A stretch of 54,340 nucleotides of DNA from an uncultured archaeon (GTDB lineage Archaea; Aenigmatarchaeota; Aenigmatarchaeia; CG10238-14; EX4484-224): assembly GCA_964524025.1 (NCBI GenBank), contig CAZGBT010000005.1:4554-58893 (forward strand), given 5' to 3'. The position numbers and the translations under genes were made by a program. The notes under the pieces were generated by a model. It did no database searches. It saw only the letters and a list, made by a program, of their open reading frames with translations, and was not told the origin of the DNA. This document shows, one piece after another, positions 22,193 to 30,892 of this stretch (the stretch's first letter is position 1; each line of letters begins with the position of its first letter).

Positions 22193-23470
22193 ATGCCTGA
22201 AAAGCCGCATCTTAACATAATAACAGCTGGACATGTTGATCATGGTAAATCAACGTTAATGGGCAGACTCTTATTCGAAACAGGTGCAGTAAGGAAAGAA
22301 GAGCTTGAAAAACTAAAAGCAATAGCTAAGGAGTACGGAAAAGAAGGATGGGAGTTTGCCTATTTGCTAGACAAGGAAAAAGAGGAAAGAATGAGAGGTT
22401 TGACTATAGACGTAATGCATAGACCATTTGAAACGAAGAAATACTTCTTTACTATCATAGATTGTCCTGGTCATAGGGACTTTGTCAAAAACATGATAAC
22501 AGGAGCTTCTCAAGCAGACGGAGCTATCCTAGTAGTTTCTGCAAAAACAGGAGAAGGCGTTCAAGAACAAACAAAAGAACATACATTCTTGTTAAAAGTG
22601 CTAGGAATAAATCAAATAGTAGTCGCTATATCAAAAATGGATACTGTCGACTACAGCAAAGAAAGATTTGAAGAGGTTAAAAAGGATGTAATAAATTTGC
22701 TAAAACCTTTAGGCTTCAATGTCGATAAAATAAGATTTGTACCGGTTTCGGGAATTTACGGTGATAACCTAGTTAAAAAATCTGAGAAAACTCCCTGGTA
22801 CGATGGACCAACTTTAATCGAGGCTTTAGACGAATTTGAAGTACCACCAAGACCGATAGATAAACCATTAAGAATTCCTATCCAAGATGTATATTCAATA
22901 ACAGGCGTTGGAACCGTACCAGTTGGAAGAGTAGAAACAGGAGTATTAAGAGTTGGTGACACAGTAATCTTCGAACCTGCTGGAGTTAAAGGCGAAGTAA
23001 AATCGATAGAAATGCACCATCAACCAATCCAAGAAGCTAAACCGGGTGATAATATAGGTTTTAACGTAAGAGGTATTTCTAGAGATCAGCTAAGAAGGGG
23101 GGACGTTGCTGGGCACCCTGATAATCCACCAACTGTTGCAGAAGAATTCACTGCACAGATAATAGTTCTCCAACACCCAACTGCTATAGCTGCTGGTTAT
23201 ACTCCTGTATTTCATTGTCACACGGCTAGCGTTGCCTGTACTATAACAGAAATTCTAGCTAAGATAGACCCAAAGACTGGACAAGTAATTCAAGAGAAAC
23301 CAGATTTTATAAAAACTGGCGATGCGGCAAGGATTAAAGCTAAACCAATTAAACCAATGGTAATAGAGAAATACTCAGAATTCCCAGGATTAGGAAGGTT
23401 TGCAATCAGGGATATGAGCATGACAATAGCAGCAGGAATCTGTCTGGACGTCAAAAAAGCTTCTAAGTAA
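22193..23470 (+). CDS. tuf: Elongation factor EF-1alpha
   Basis: [32 protein letters not shown]. Confidence 0.97.
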   Translation: MPEKPHLNIITAGHVDHGKSTLMGRLLFETGAVRKEELEKLKAIAKEYGKEGWEFAYLLDKEKEERMRGLTIDVMHRPFETKKYFFTIIDCPGHRDFVKNMITGASQADGAILVVSAKTGEGVQEQTKEHTFLLKVLGINQIVVAISKMDTVDYSKERFEEVKKDVINLLKPLGFNVDKIRFVPVSGIYGDNLVKKSEKTPWYDGPTLIEALDEFEVPPRPIDKPLRIPIQDVYSITGVGTVPVGRVETGVLRVGDTVIFEPAGVKGEVKSIEMHHQPIQEAKPGDNIGFNVRGISRDQLRRGDVAGHPDNPPTVAEEFTAQIIVLQHPTAIAAGYTPVFHCHTASVACTITEILAKIDPKTGQVIQEKPDFIKTGDAARIKAKPIKPMVIEKYSEFPGLGRFAIRDMSMTIAAGICLDVKKASK

Positions 23471-23607
23471 CTTTTTATTTTTTTAATTCTTCCTCACAAT
23501 TTGTTTAAATTTTTTGATACCATCTCTGAATTTGAACTTCCTTAGATTTTTTCTCAACGCTTCCTCTTTTTCAAAAAAATTTTTAAGGCTTAAATTTTCA
23601 GAAAAGG

Positions 23608-24489
23608 CTAAATCTGCAAAAATCCCTCTTTATAGAGTATATAAGAATTGCAATAATGCTCTATATGATTTGGTAATGGTATTAAAAGCATAGGTTTTTT
23701 GAATTGCAATGCCAAAGCTATATGACTATAGCTTGGTGTTCCTATAAATCCTTGCAGTTCTTCATTAGGCAAACAAATTTTTCTAGGGTATCCATTCATA
23801 TGCAATTAGATTAGGAATGTTTGTAGGTACGCCTAACCAGCCTTTAGAAATCACAAATGTTTCGTTAGGAAACCTGCGTATTTCGCTCAGAATCTTTAAA
23901 AGAATCGAACGACCACGTAATGAATCTCCAATTGACACTACATTGCTCTTTATAACAGATGTTGGGGTAAAAAGTCCTATATTTTCCATCAACTTATAGG
24001 AAGGAAAAATGATGTGAAAACTATCCTAGCTCTTCTCTTCGCAATGCCATATAGTTTAGATAGAAGTAGATAGCTTACTTTTAACTTTAAATTATTACGC
24101 AAAAAGCTCGGTAGTTTGTTAAAATCCTCTAGGACACTGAAAACATTCTGAAGCAGAATACATTTTATCTTACTTTTAGAGGAAGCGGCAACACTAGCTG
24201 GTTCTGATTCGCTTATAATAATTCATAGCCAAATTTTTTGAATATCGTAGAAAACCTTTTTTACCATGATTTTGTAGACCATGTAGTTATAAGGAATGTG
24301 GAAAGCTAAGTCCAGCCAATTCTTTCCTTTAAACTGAAATGGTAAAAGAAAGGATCTTATACCACGTTCAAGGAAAAATTGATGTGCCTTTTGATTATAT
24401 GTAAAAATCTCACTTGTGATTGTCTTTGCTATAATAAACGCCCTCTCTGCATGACCAAAGCCGTAACAAAGTTCGCATATAGCAATCAT
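23608..24489 (-). pseudogene. Frameshifted GT-B glycosyltransferase (GT28/MJ1255-like)
   Basis: Colinear fragments in different frames: CYGFGHAERA; IISESEPASVAA..IKCILL; NLIAYEWIP; ALALQFKKPMLLIPLPNHIEH..N. At least 3 frameshifts; 3' boundary approximate. Confidence 0.7.
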
Positions 24490-24529
24490 TACATTAACTT
24501 TAAAAACTGTTTGAATTAATAATTCAAAC

Positions 24530-24850
24530 ATGCAGGTTGCCAGGATAAAGCTGAGCGGAAGAGACCCAAAAGTACTCGATTCTATATGTAGAGAAATTAA
24601 GGAGATAGCAAAAAAGTTTGGTGTAGATTTTAGAGGACCTATACCTTTACCAACCAAAAGACTTAGGGTTGTAACTCTCAAAACGCCATGCGGAGATGGT
24701 TGCGGACATGGAAATGCTACTTATGATAGATGGGAACTTAGAATTCATAGAAGAATAATAGACGTACAGGCTGACGAAAGAACTTTACGCCACATAATGA
24801 GAATAAACATACCCCACGATGTTCATATGGAAATAAAACTCATTGGTTAA
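24530..24850 (+). CDS. rps10: Ribosomal protein S10 (uS10)
   Basis: GPIPLPTKRL, DRWELRIHRR. Confidence 0.96.
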   Translation: MQVARIKLSGRDPKVLDSICREIKEIAKKFGVDFRGPIPLPTKRLRVVTLKTPCGDGCGHGNATYDRWELRIHRRIIDVQADERTLRHIMRINIPHDVHMEIKLIG

Positions 24851-24878
24851 TTCTTAATTAAGTTTATCTAATCTTAAT

Positions 24879-27341
24879 TTGATGAAACTAAAAGTTCAAA
24901 TCTACGATGCCGATTATTTTGTAGAAAGAAACAGACCTATAGTTAGATTATTTTGTCTAACAGAAAATGGTGAAAAAGTAGTTTTATTTGACGATTCTTT
25001 AGCTCCCTATTTTTATGTCTTACCTAAAAAAGGGAGCGAAGAAAAGCTAAGAGAAAAAATCCTTAAATTAGATGAAAAAGTAATTGGAAGTAAAATAATT
25101 GCCGTAAAGCCTGTCAGAAAAATTTTTGGAATGAAAGAAAGAGTTTTTCTAAAAATTTTCGTAGAAAATCCAAGAAAAATAACGAAAGTTAGAGATGCAA
25201 TTAAAGAATGGCCAGAAGTAGAGGAAACATATGAGTATAACATTAATTTTTATAGAAGATTCCTAATAGACAAACGAATTAAACCAATGTGCCTAGTTAC
25301 AGTTGATGTCGAAGAACTTAAGGGAAAACCATATCCTTACAGAACGTATAAGCTTAAAAGAATAGAAGAACGGAATGAGAGCGAAATTAGATACAAAGTT
25401 CTGGCTTTTGACACTGAATGGGTGGAGAAAAATGGAGATTTAGAATTGATAATGCTCAGTTTAGCTAGCTCAGACGGTTTTAAGAGAGTTTTAACAACAC
25501 AGAATTGGGAAAATAAACCAGAGTGGGTTGAAACTCTTTCAAATGAGAGAAAGATACTTGAAAGATTTAACGAGATAGTTAAGGAAATCGATCCTGTTTT
25601 TTTAGTAGGTTATAATTCGGATAATTTTGACTTTGCAAAATTGAGGAAAAAACATGAAAAAACTAAGTTCCCGCTTCAGTTAGGAAAGCTTGGAGAGAAA
25701 GTAAAATTTGTAAGAAGGGGTAGGGAGAGTTGTGCAAGAATAGCTGGTATAGTTCACATCGACATATTTACTTTCATAAATAACATACTTTCAGCCAGTT
25801 TAAAGAGTGAGGTGCTAACACTCGATGAGGTTTCAAAAGAGTTATTAGGAGAAGGTAAAGTTGAAATGGAATATAAGGAAATGGTAGATATATGGAAAAG
25901 TAAGGGTAAGCGACTAACAAAACTTGCTGAGTATAGCTTAAGGGATAGCATACTCACTTTAAAACTTGCAGAATTAATTTTACCACAAATATTCTCTATC
26001 TCTAGGCTAGTAGGCGAAATTCCGTTTGACTGCTCTAGAGAAACTTACTCACAATTGGTTGAGCAGTTTTTTATTAGAAAGTCTTTTGAGGAAAACAGAA
26101 TAATACCCAATTCCCCAAAAACAGAAGAAAAAGAAAGAAGAAGGATGCAACTCCCATACAGGGGTGCTATAGTAATAGAACCAGAAAAGGGGATTCATAA
26201 GAACATTGTAGTATTTGATTTTAGAAGTTTGTATCCAACTATTATAGTAACTCATAATATCTCTCCAGAAACACTCAATTGCGAACATGAAGAATGCAAG
26301 AAAGAGAATAAAGTTCCTTCACTTAATCTTCACTTTTGCAAAAAAGTAGAAGGATTTTTCCCAAGATATCTAAAACTTTTAATAGAGCTAAGAAAACAGA
26401 TAAAGAAAAAAATGAAGAGCGTTGAGAAAAATTCTCCTTTGTATACTTTTCTTAATAACGAACAGTATAGTTTAAAGATAATAGCTAACTCAACTTATGG
26501 TTATTTTGCTTTTATAGGAGCAAGATGGTATTCAAGAGAATGTGCACAAGCTACGGCTGCTTTTGGGAGGTATTACATAACCAAAAGTATTGAATTACTA
26601 AAGAAAGAGGGTTGCAAAGTGATTTATGGAGATACAGATTCGGTTTTCTTTACAATTCCCGGCTTAAAACCAAAAGAATTGCTTAAAAAAAGTCTAGAAA
26701 TATTAGAAAAGGTTAACAAAACGTTTCCGGGTATAATAGAGTTAGAATTTAGAGGTCTTTACAAGACTGGAATTTTCGTTGCAAGAGAAAGAGGTGCAAC
26801 AGGAGCTAAAAAGAGATATGCATTATTAGATGAATCAGGAAACCTCGAAATAAGGGGATTTGAAGTAGTAAGAAGAGATTGGTGCAAATTAGCTAAAGAA
26901 ATACAGAGGAAAGTGCTAGAACTTGTTTTAAAGAATGATGTGAAAGCTGCTATGGAAATCGTTAGAGAAACCATAAGAAAAATAAAAGAAAGAAAAGTTA
27001 GATTGGACGATTTGATAATTTATGAACAAATAACAAGACCTTTAAGTCAATACGAACAAATAGGGCCTCATGTAAAAGCTGCTATGAAAGCTAGAGATAG
27101 AGGAATCCCAGTTGTAGAGGGGCGTGTCATAGGATACATTATAGTCAAAGGTTCTGGAAGCATTTCTGACAGAGCTGAACCAGCGGAATTCGTTAGTTTA
27201 GAAGATTACGATATAGACTATTACATCAATCATCAAATATTACCAGCAAGCATGCGTGTTTTTAAGGCTCTTGGTATTAAAGAAGATCAAATCTTGGCTG
27301 GAGAAAAACAAAAAGGATTATATGAATTTTTCAAAAACTAA
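24879..27341 (+). CDS. polB: Family B DNA polymerase
   Basis: Exonuclease motifs FDTE, YNSDNFD, YSLRD; polymerase motifs DFRSLYP, KIIANSTYGY, YGDTDS; no intein. Confidence 0.96.
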   Translation: MMKLKVQIYDADYFVERNRPIVRLFCLTENGEKVVLFDDSLAPYFYVLPKKGSEEKLREKILKLDEKVIGSKIIAVKPVRKIFGMKERVFLKIFVENPRKITKVRDAIKEWPEVEETYEYNINFYRRFLIDKRIKPMCLVTVDVEELKGKPYPYRTYKLKRIEERNESEIRYKVLAFDTEWVEKNGDLELIMLSLASSDGFKRVLTTQNWENKPEWVETLSNERKILERFNEIVKEIDPVFLVGYNSDNFDFAKLRKKHEKTKFPLQLGKLGEKVKFVRRGRESCARIAGIVHIDIFTFINNILSASLKSEVLTLDEVSKELLGEGKVEMEYKEMVDIWKSKGKRLTKLAEYSLRDSILTLKLAELILPQIFSISRLVGEIPFDCSRETYSQLVEQFFIRKSFEENRIIPNSPKTEEKERRRMQLPYRGAIVIEPEKGIHKNIVVFDFRSLYPTIIVTHNISPETLNCEHEECKKENKVPSLNLHFCKKVEGFFPRYLKLLIELRKQIKKKMKSVEKNSPLYTFLNNEQYSLKIIANSTYGYFAFIGARWYSRECAQATAAFGRYYITKSIELLKKEGCKVIYGDTDSVFFTIPGLKPKELLKKSLEILEKVNKTFPGIIELEFRGLYKTGIFVARERGATGAKKRYALLDESGNLEIRGFEVVRRDWCKLAKEIQRKVLELVLKNDVKAAMEIVRETIRKIKERKVRLDDLIIYEQITRPLSQYEQIGPHVKAAMKARDRGIPVVEGRVIGYIIVKGSGSISDRAEPAEFVSLEDYDIDYYINHQILPASMRVFKALGIKEDQILAGEKQKGLYEFFKN

Positions 27342-27416
27342 TTTTTGCTTCTCTATTTTTGAAACAATATTTTGCATGACGAAAATGGAAATTAAACAAA
27401 AAGATAAAGTTAGAAT

Positions 27417-27584
27417 GTGCCTTATACACCAACTAAGGTTAAATGCCCTAGATGCGAAAAACTTATACCTAAACATGTTTTAAAAGTTACTAATGGTAGA
27501 TGTAACAATTGTGGATATTTGATAGCGTCCCCACTAACAACCTTCTTCGATAATAATGGCAGAGAGGTCAAAAAAGAAGAATAG
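27417..27584 (+). CDS. 55-aa Zn-finger microprotein
   Basis: GTG start: MPYTPTKVKCPRCEKLIPKHVLKVTNGRCNNCGY...; two CxxC. Confidence 0.6.
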   Translation: MPYTPTKVKCPRCEKLIPKHVLKVTNGRCNNCGYLIASPLTTFFDNNGREVKKEE

Positions 27585-28422
27585 TTTCCTCAGCTTGAGC
27601 GACCAATCCATTGCTCTTTTCTTTTAACACCGGATATTCCTTCACAATACCTTCTCTAACAAGCTCATATAGGCCGACTTTATAATTACTTACGTTTAAA
27701 ATCCATCGCTCGGTAAATGGCAATGTTTTAAATTCTTTTAATATGAAACGAAGCAAATTTCTAGCAGCTGACATTCTTATAGGTTTTTCCTTAATTAGTG
27801 AAAAAATCGTACCTGGATAAGAATCTTTAACCCACCCAAGGCCGTTTGTAACAAACACCTCCATAGCTATAGCCTCTCCTTTTTTAAACTCCCTTTCGAT
27901 ATTATTAATACAATTAGGTATTGTCGGTTCAGCGTGCTGAACATATCTTTTTAAACCATGACCGCACAGATTCCTAACTGGATTAAATCCAAAGCTTGAA
28001 ACAACTTCTTCAACTACCTTAGAGACATCACAGACTCTATTTCCTACTTTAATAACCTTTAAAGCTTCTTTTAATGCTTCTTCTGCTGCCTTAATCAATT
28101 CATGGCCTCCTTCGCCAATGCAAACAGTAAAAGCTCTATCGCAAATGTATCCCTCAACGTGCACACCTATATCGATTTTTACTAAATCTCCGTCCTTTAA
28201 TACGGTTTTTTCGTCAATTGTAGGAGTATAGTGTGCAGCTATTTCATTTATCGAAATATTTACTGGAAATGCTGGCTTAGCACCTAGCTCAATAATCTTT
28301 TTCTCTATTTTTTCGGCCAATTCTTTTATATTTATGCCTTCCTTGGCAATCCTTTTTGCAAAGGGAATTACGCGATCAGAAATCTCCATCGCTCTTTTAT
28401 AAAATTTTGCCTTATCTTCCAT
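27568..28422 (-). CDS. map: Methionine aminopeptidase type II
   Basis: AAHYTP, KIDIGVHVEGYICD, NLCGHG, AMEVF, AQAEET. Confidence 0.95.
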   Translation of the reverse strand: MEDKAKFYKRAMEISDRVIPFAKRIAKEGINIKELAEKIEKKIIELGAKPAFPVNISINEIAAHYTPTIDEKTVLKDGDLVKIDIGVHVEGYICDRAFTVCIGEGGHELIKAAEEALKEALKVIKVGNRVCDVSKVVEEVVSSFGFNPVRNLCGHGLKRYVQHAEPTIPNCINNIEREFKKGEAIAMEVFVTNGLGWVKDSYPGTIFSLIKEKPIRMSAARNLLRFILKEFKTLPFTERWILNVSNYKVGLYELVREGIVKEYPVLKEKSNGLVAQAEETILLF

Positions 28423-29233
28423 ACAAACTACCTAATTTTTTCTTTATTTCAAGGTATCTCTTAATACCACTAAGAGTAATCCCATCTTTAAGGTATATAA
28501 AAACTGGAAGGTTTGGTAAGTTTACGTCTGCATCCAATTTCCTTTTTAACGGAACGAATTTAAGGAATTCGCTTATTTCTTTCAACCTCTTTCTAACTAC
28601 AGCAGGACTTAGGTTTAGGTTTCTTGCTATTTCTCTTAAATAACAGCCTGGGTTATTTTTGATAAATTTTACTATAGCTAAAATTTCTTCTATTTCGTTA
28701 GCAAAAGAGGTCTTGCCTTCTCTTTCTTTCACTAAAGCTGCACTCTTATATTTTGCATCCTTGTATCTCCTTTGCCTTTTGGTTAACAAGTCTGGTTCTA
28801 CAAGTAAGTTCTTTATTTCGACTTCTTCTTTAAATCTCAAAAGCTTTGGAAGAGTAGGTAACGGTCTTCCTTCTGCCAAATCTATCGTTTCCAGAAAAGG
28901 CATCATTCTGAGAATGTACCTCCTTACAATTTCGGGATGTAGGTTTAGGTTTCTTGCTATTTCTCTTAAATAACAGCCTGGGTTATTTTTGATAAATTTT
29001 ACTACCTTTTCAAAATCGAAAGTGTAAAAAAATGCAGTCCTCTTATTTATCTTTACTAATCCTTTCTTTCTAGCAACATCCAAAAGTCTATCAGCAGAGA
29101 TATGTGAGAGTTTATCGAGCGCGTAATTTGTAATTTCGATGCTGAATTTCTTTCCTTTTACCACAACCTTGTCTGCCTTCCTTTCTACTATAAGGTTATC
29201 TCCAAATTTTTTCGAAAGCTCTTCTAGTTTCAT
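28412..29233 (-). CDS. Tandem winged-HTH protein
   Basis: Two copies of KFIKNNPGCYLREIARNLNL, each followed by a recognition helix and LP.LP wing. Confidence 0.8.
   Translation of the reverse strand: MKLEELSKKFGDNLIVERKADKVVVKGKKFSIEITNYALDKLSHISADRLLDVARKKGLVKINKRTAFFYTFDFEKVVKFIKNNPGCYLREIARNLNLHPEIVRRYILRMMPFLETIDLAEGRPLPTLPKLLRFKEEVEIKNLLVEPDLLTKRQRRYKDAKYKSAALVKEREGKTSFANEIEEILAIVKFIKNNPGCYLREIARNLNLSPAVVRKRLKEISEFLKFVPLKRKLDADVNLPNLPVFIYLKDGITLSGIKRYLEIKKKLGSLYGR
28610..29004. repeat. Perfect 65-bp direct repeat (28610-28674 and 28940-29004)
   Basis: Identical TAGGTTTAGGTTTCTTGCTAT...GATAAATTTTACTA, 330 bp apart. Confidence 0.95.
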
Positions 29234-29243
29234 AAATAAAATT

Positions 29244-29265
29244 GTGACACGCGTTCTAAAAACTT
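29244..29265 (-). promoter_or_regulatory. Shared promoter-proximal motif, copy 1
   Basis: Minus strand AAGTTTTTAGAACGCGTGTCAC, ending 11 bp before the start; resembles 30176-30196. Confidence 0.45.
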
Positions 29266-29353
29266 TTTTATTAAAAAGATACCAACTTGCCTATGAAGTT
29301 ACTTCTTTCCAGTAGTTAAAAATCTTTATTTCTCTAGTTTTTAATTTTAATTT

Positions 29354-29473
29354 ATGAAACTTACAAAGTTTATGGGAAAACTGCGCGTACCTTGCAAAAA
29401 GTGCGGATCCTTGATAGAAGTTGGACTAGAAGAGAAGTTAAGAAGATGTCCAATTTGTGGAAGTAAGTTATGA
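29354..29473 (+). CDS. 39-aa Zn-ribbon microprotein (loosely Rpo12/RpoP-like spacing)
   Basis: MKLTKFMGKLRVPCKKCGSLIEVGLEEKLRRCPICGSKL. Confidence 0.6.
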   Translation: MKLTKFMGKLRVPCKKCGSLIEVGLEEKLRRCPICGSKL

Positions 29474-30163
29474 AGCGCTTCGAAGCGCTTCAGAGCGCTC
29501 TGAAGCGCCTTTTATCCTAACCCATCCCTCGCCGTTCTTTACGAATCTTTCAATTTCATCTGTCCTTTTTGAAATCTCCGAAAGTAAAGCCCTTATACCA
29601 GAAATAGAACTATACCCTAAATTTCTAGCTAATTCTTTATAACTTATCTCTTTTTTCTCCCTAATCAACTCTAAAACTTTCTGCATACGTGGCGTCAGGG
29701 AAATTTCTTTTCTTATTTCTTCTACCTCCTTTTCTATAGCTTCACGATGGGGCTGGGCCAAATTCTGCGCAACTTCTAAAATTCTAATCAAATGGTAAGC
29801 AATTTTTTCATGAATTTTCTTGGTTGATTCATCGTGTTTTTGTAAAGCAAAAAGAATATCGTCTAATCTCTTTACGACCTCGCTTTGTGCCCACTCTTTG
29901 GTAATAATCTTTTCTTCAAGGCCTCTAACCTTTTCTTCTATCGTCAGTAAAGATTTTCCAGCGTACCCAGCAGCAAAACCTATTGAAAACGCCTCTTTCG
30001 GTTTCTCTTCCAAAACCTCCGATTCAAAGCGCTCTGAAGCGCTTCGAAGCGCTTCAGAGCGCTGTGGAGCGCTCTCTTCTTCCTTCAATTTAAACTTTTC
30101 CTCCAATACTTCAGGCTCACTTTTTCTCTTAAACAATTTTTTCAATTTAGACAGCAAAGACAC
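29468..30163 (-). CDS. Coiled-coil plus C-terminal winged-HTH protein
   Basis: LTPRMQKVLELIREKKEISYKELARNLGYSSISGIRALLSEI wHTH; helical middle region. Confidence 0.8.
   Translation of the reverse strand: MSLLSKLKKLFKRKSEPEVLEEKFKLKEEESAPQRSEALRSASERFESEVLEEKPKEAFSIGFAAGYAGKSLLTIEEKVRGLEEKIITKEWAQSEVVKRLDDILFALQKHDESTKKIHEKIAYHLIRILEVAQNLAQPHREAIEKEVEEIRKEISLTPRMQKVLELIREKKEISYKELARNLGYSSISGIRALLSEISKRTDEIERFVKNGEGWVRIKGASERSEALRSAS
29472..29511. repeat. Array of 4 tandem 10-bp palindromic units
   Basis: GAAGCGCTTC GAAGCGCTTC AGAGCGCTCT GAAGCGCCTT. Confidence 0.93.
30026..30075. repeat. Array of 5 tandem 10-bp palindromic units, including a 36-bp perfect palindrome at 30028-30063
   Basis: AAAGCGCTCT GAAGCGCTTC GAAGCGCTTC AGAGCGCTGT GGAGCGCTCT. 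Confidence 0.93.
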
Positions 30164-30175
30164 ATATTAATTTTC

Positions 30176-30196
30176 GTCACACCGTTAAAAAAACTT
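30176..30196 (-). promoter_or_regulatory. Shared promoter-proximal motif, copy 2
   Basis: Minus strand AAGTTTTTTTAACGGTGTGAC, ending 13 bp before the GTG start. Confidence 0.45.
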
Positions 30197-30597
30197 CAAA
30201 CAAACCTCAAAGAATTCTCACTCTCTTTGCAGCAGAAATCCATTCAAAACCCACACTTCCCAAACTTTAGTGGAAAAGGTCTTTACTGTTTTTGTTCAGG
30301 TAAATTACTATCAGTTAGTAAATACTTCTGCGAACAACTCTCACTTTTTAAATATATCCACTATAAAACAACTAAAAGATAAAATGTAAAATAAAATATT
30401 TTTCATAATAAACACTTTAAGTTAATTATTCACTCTAAAGTATGTAATAAGGTATATTTTTTGGAAAACACGACGAATTTAACGATTAATCGGGGTTAAA
30501 TACAATTTTCTGCTTGATTTATTATTTTTAGAACTATATTAATAAAATAATTCCCTAATTTTTTATTATTAAAAAACAAACAATTTTTTTGAGGAAA

Positions 30598-30625
30598 CTT
30601 TGAGATAAGGAATATTATCTCAAAG
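30598..30625. other. dif-like Xer recombination site
   Basis: CTTTGAGATAA-GGAATA-TTATCTCAAAG: perfect 11-bp inverted arms, 6-bp spacer, inner ATAA/TTAT as in known dif sites; lies in the largest intergenic gap of the window. Confidence 0.75.
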
Positions 30626-30892
30626 CTAACCCCAAACTTGCTTTAAGACCGATAAAACTAGGAATTTAAAAAAAATATGCTGTTTAGATTCTGGATAAGA
30701 GGTTAGCATGGAGTGTTGAAGAATGTAAAGTCACAAAGATAGCTAAAAAATAAGTCAACGGCTTTCTTGAGTTGCAACTTGAGTGGAACTTGCTATCGCC
30801 GACTCTGCGGAAAATACTAAGGTAAAAGTTGTGCAACTTTTTAAAAATCGAAAAGCCAAAGGAGTATATTCACTTTGTAATAATAAATAACT

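Noticed and set aside
24490-24681. N-terminal part of ORF 24223..24681 (-)
   Set aside because: Antisense to rps10; only the portion from ATG 24489 resembles a glycosyltransferase.
29472-30075. Palindrome arrays as a CRISPR array
   Set aside because: Units are 10 bp and contiguous, with no unique spacers, and lie inside a CDS; no cas1/cas2 is present.
30164-30892. Canonical Orc1/Cdc6 origin
   Set aside because: Only weak ORB-like fragments (e.g. TTTAGTGGAAA), no G-string repeats and no cdc6 in the window.
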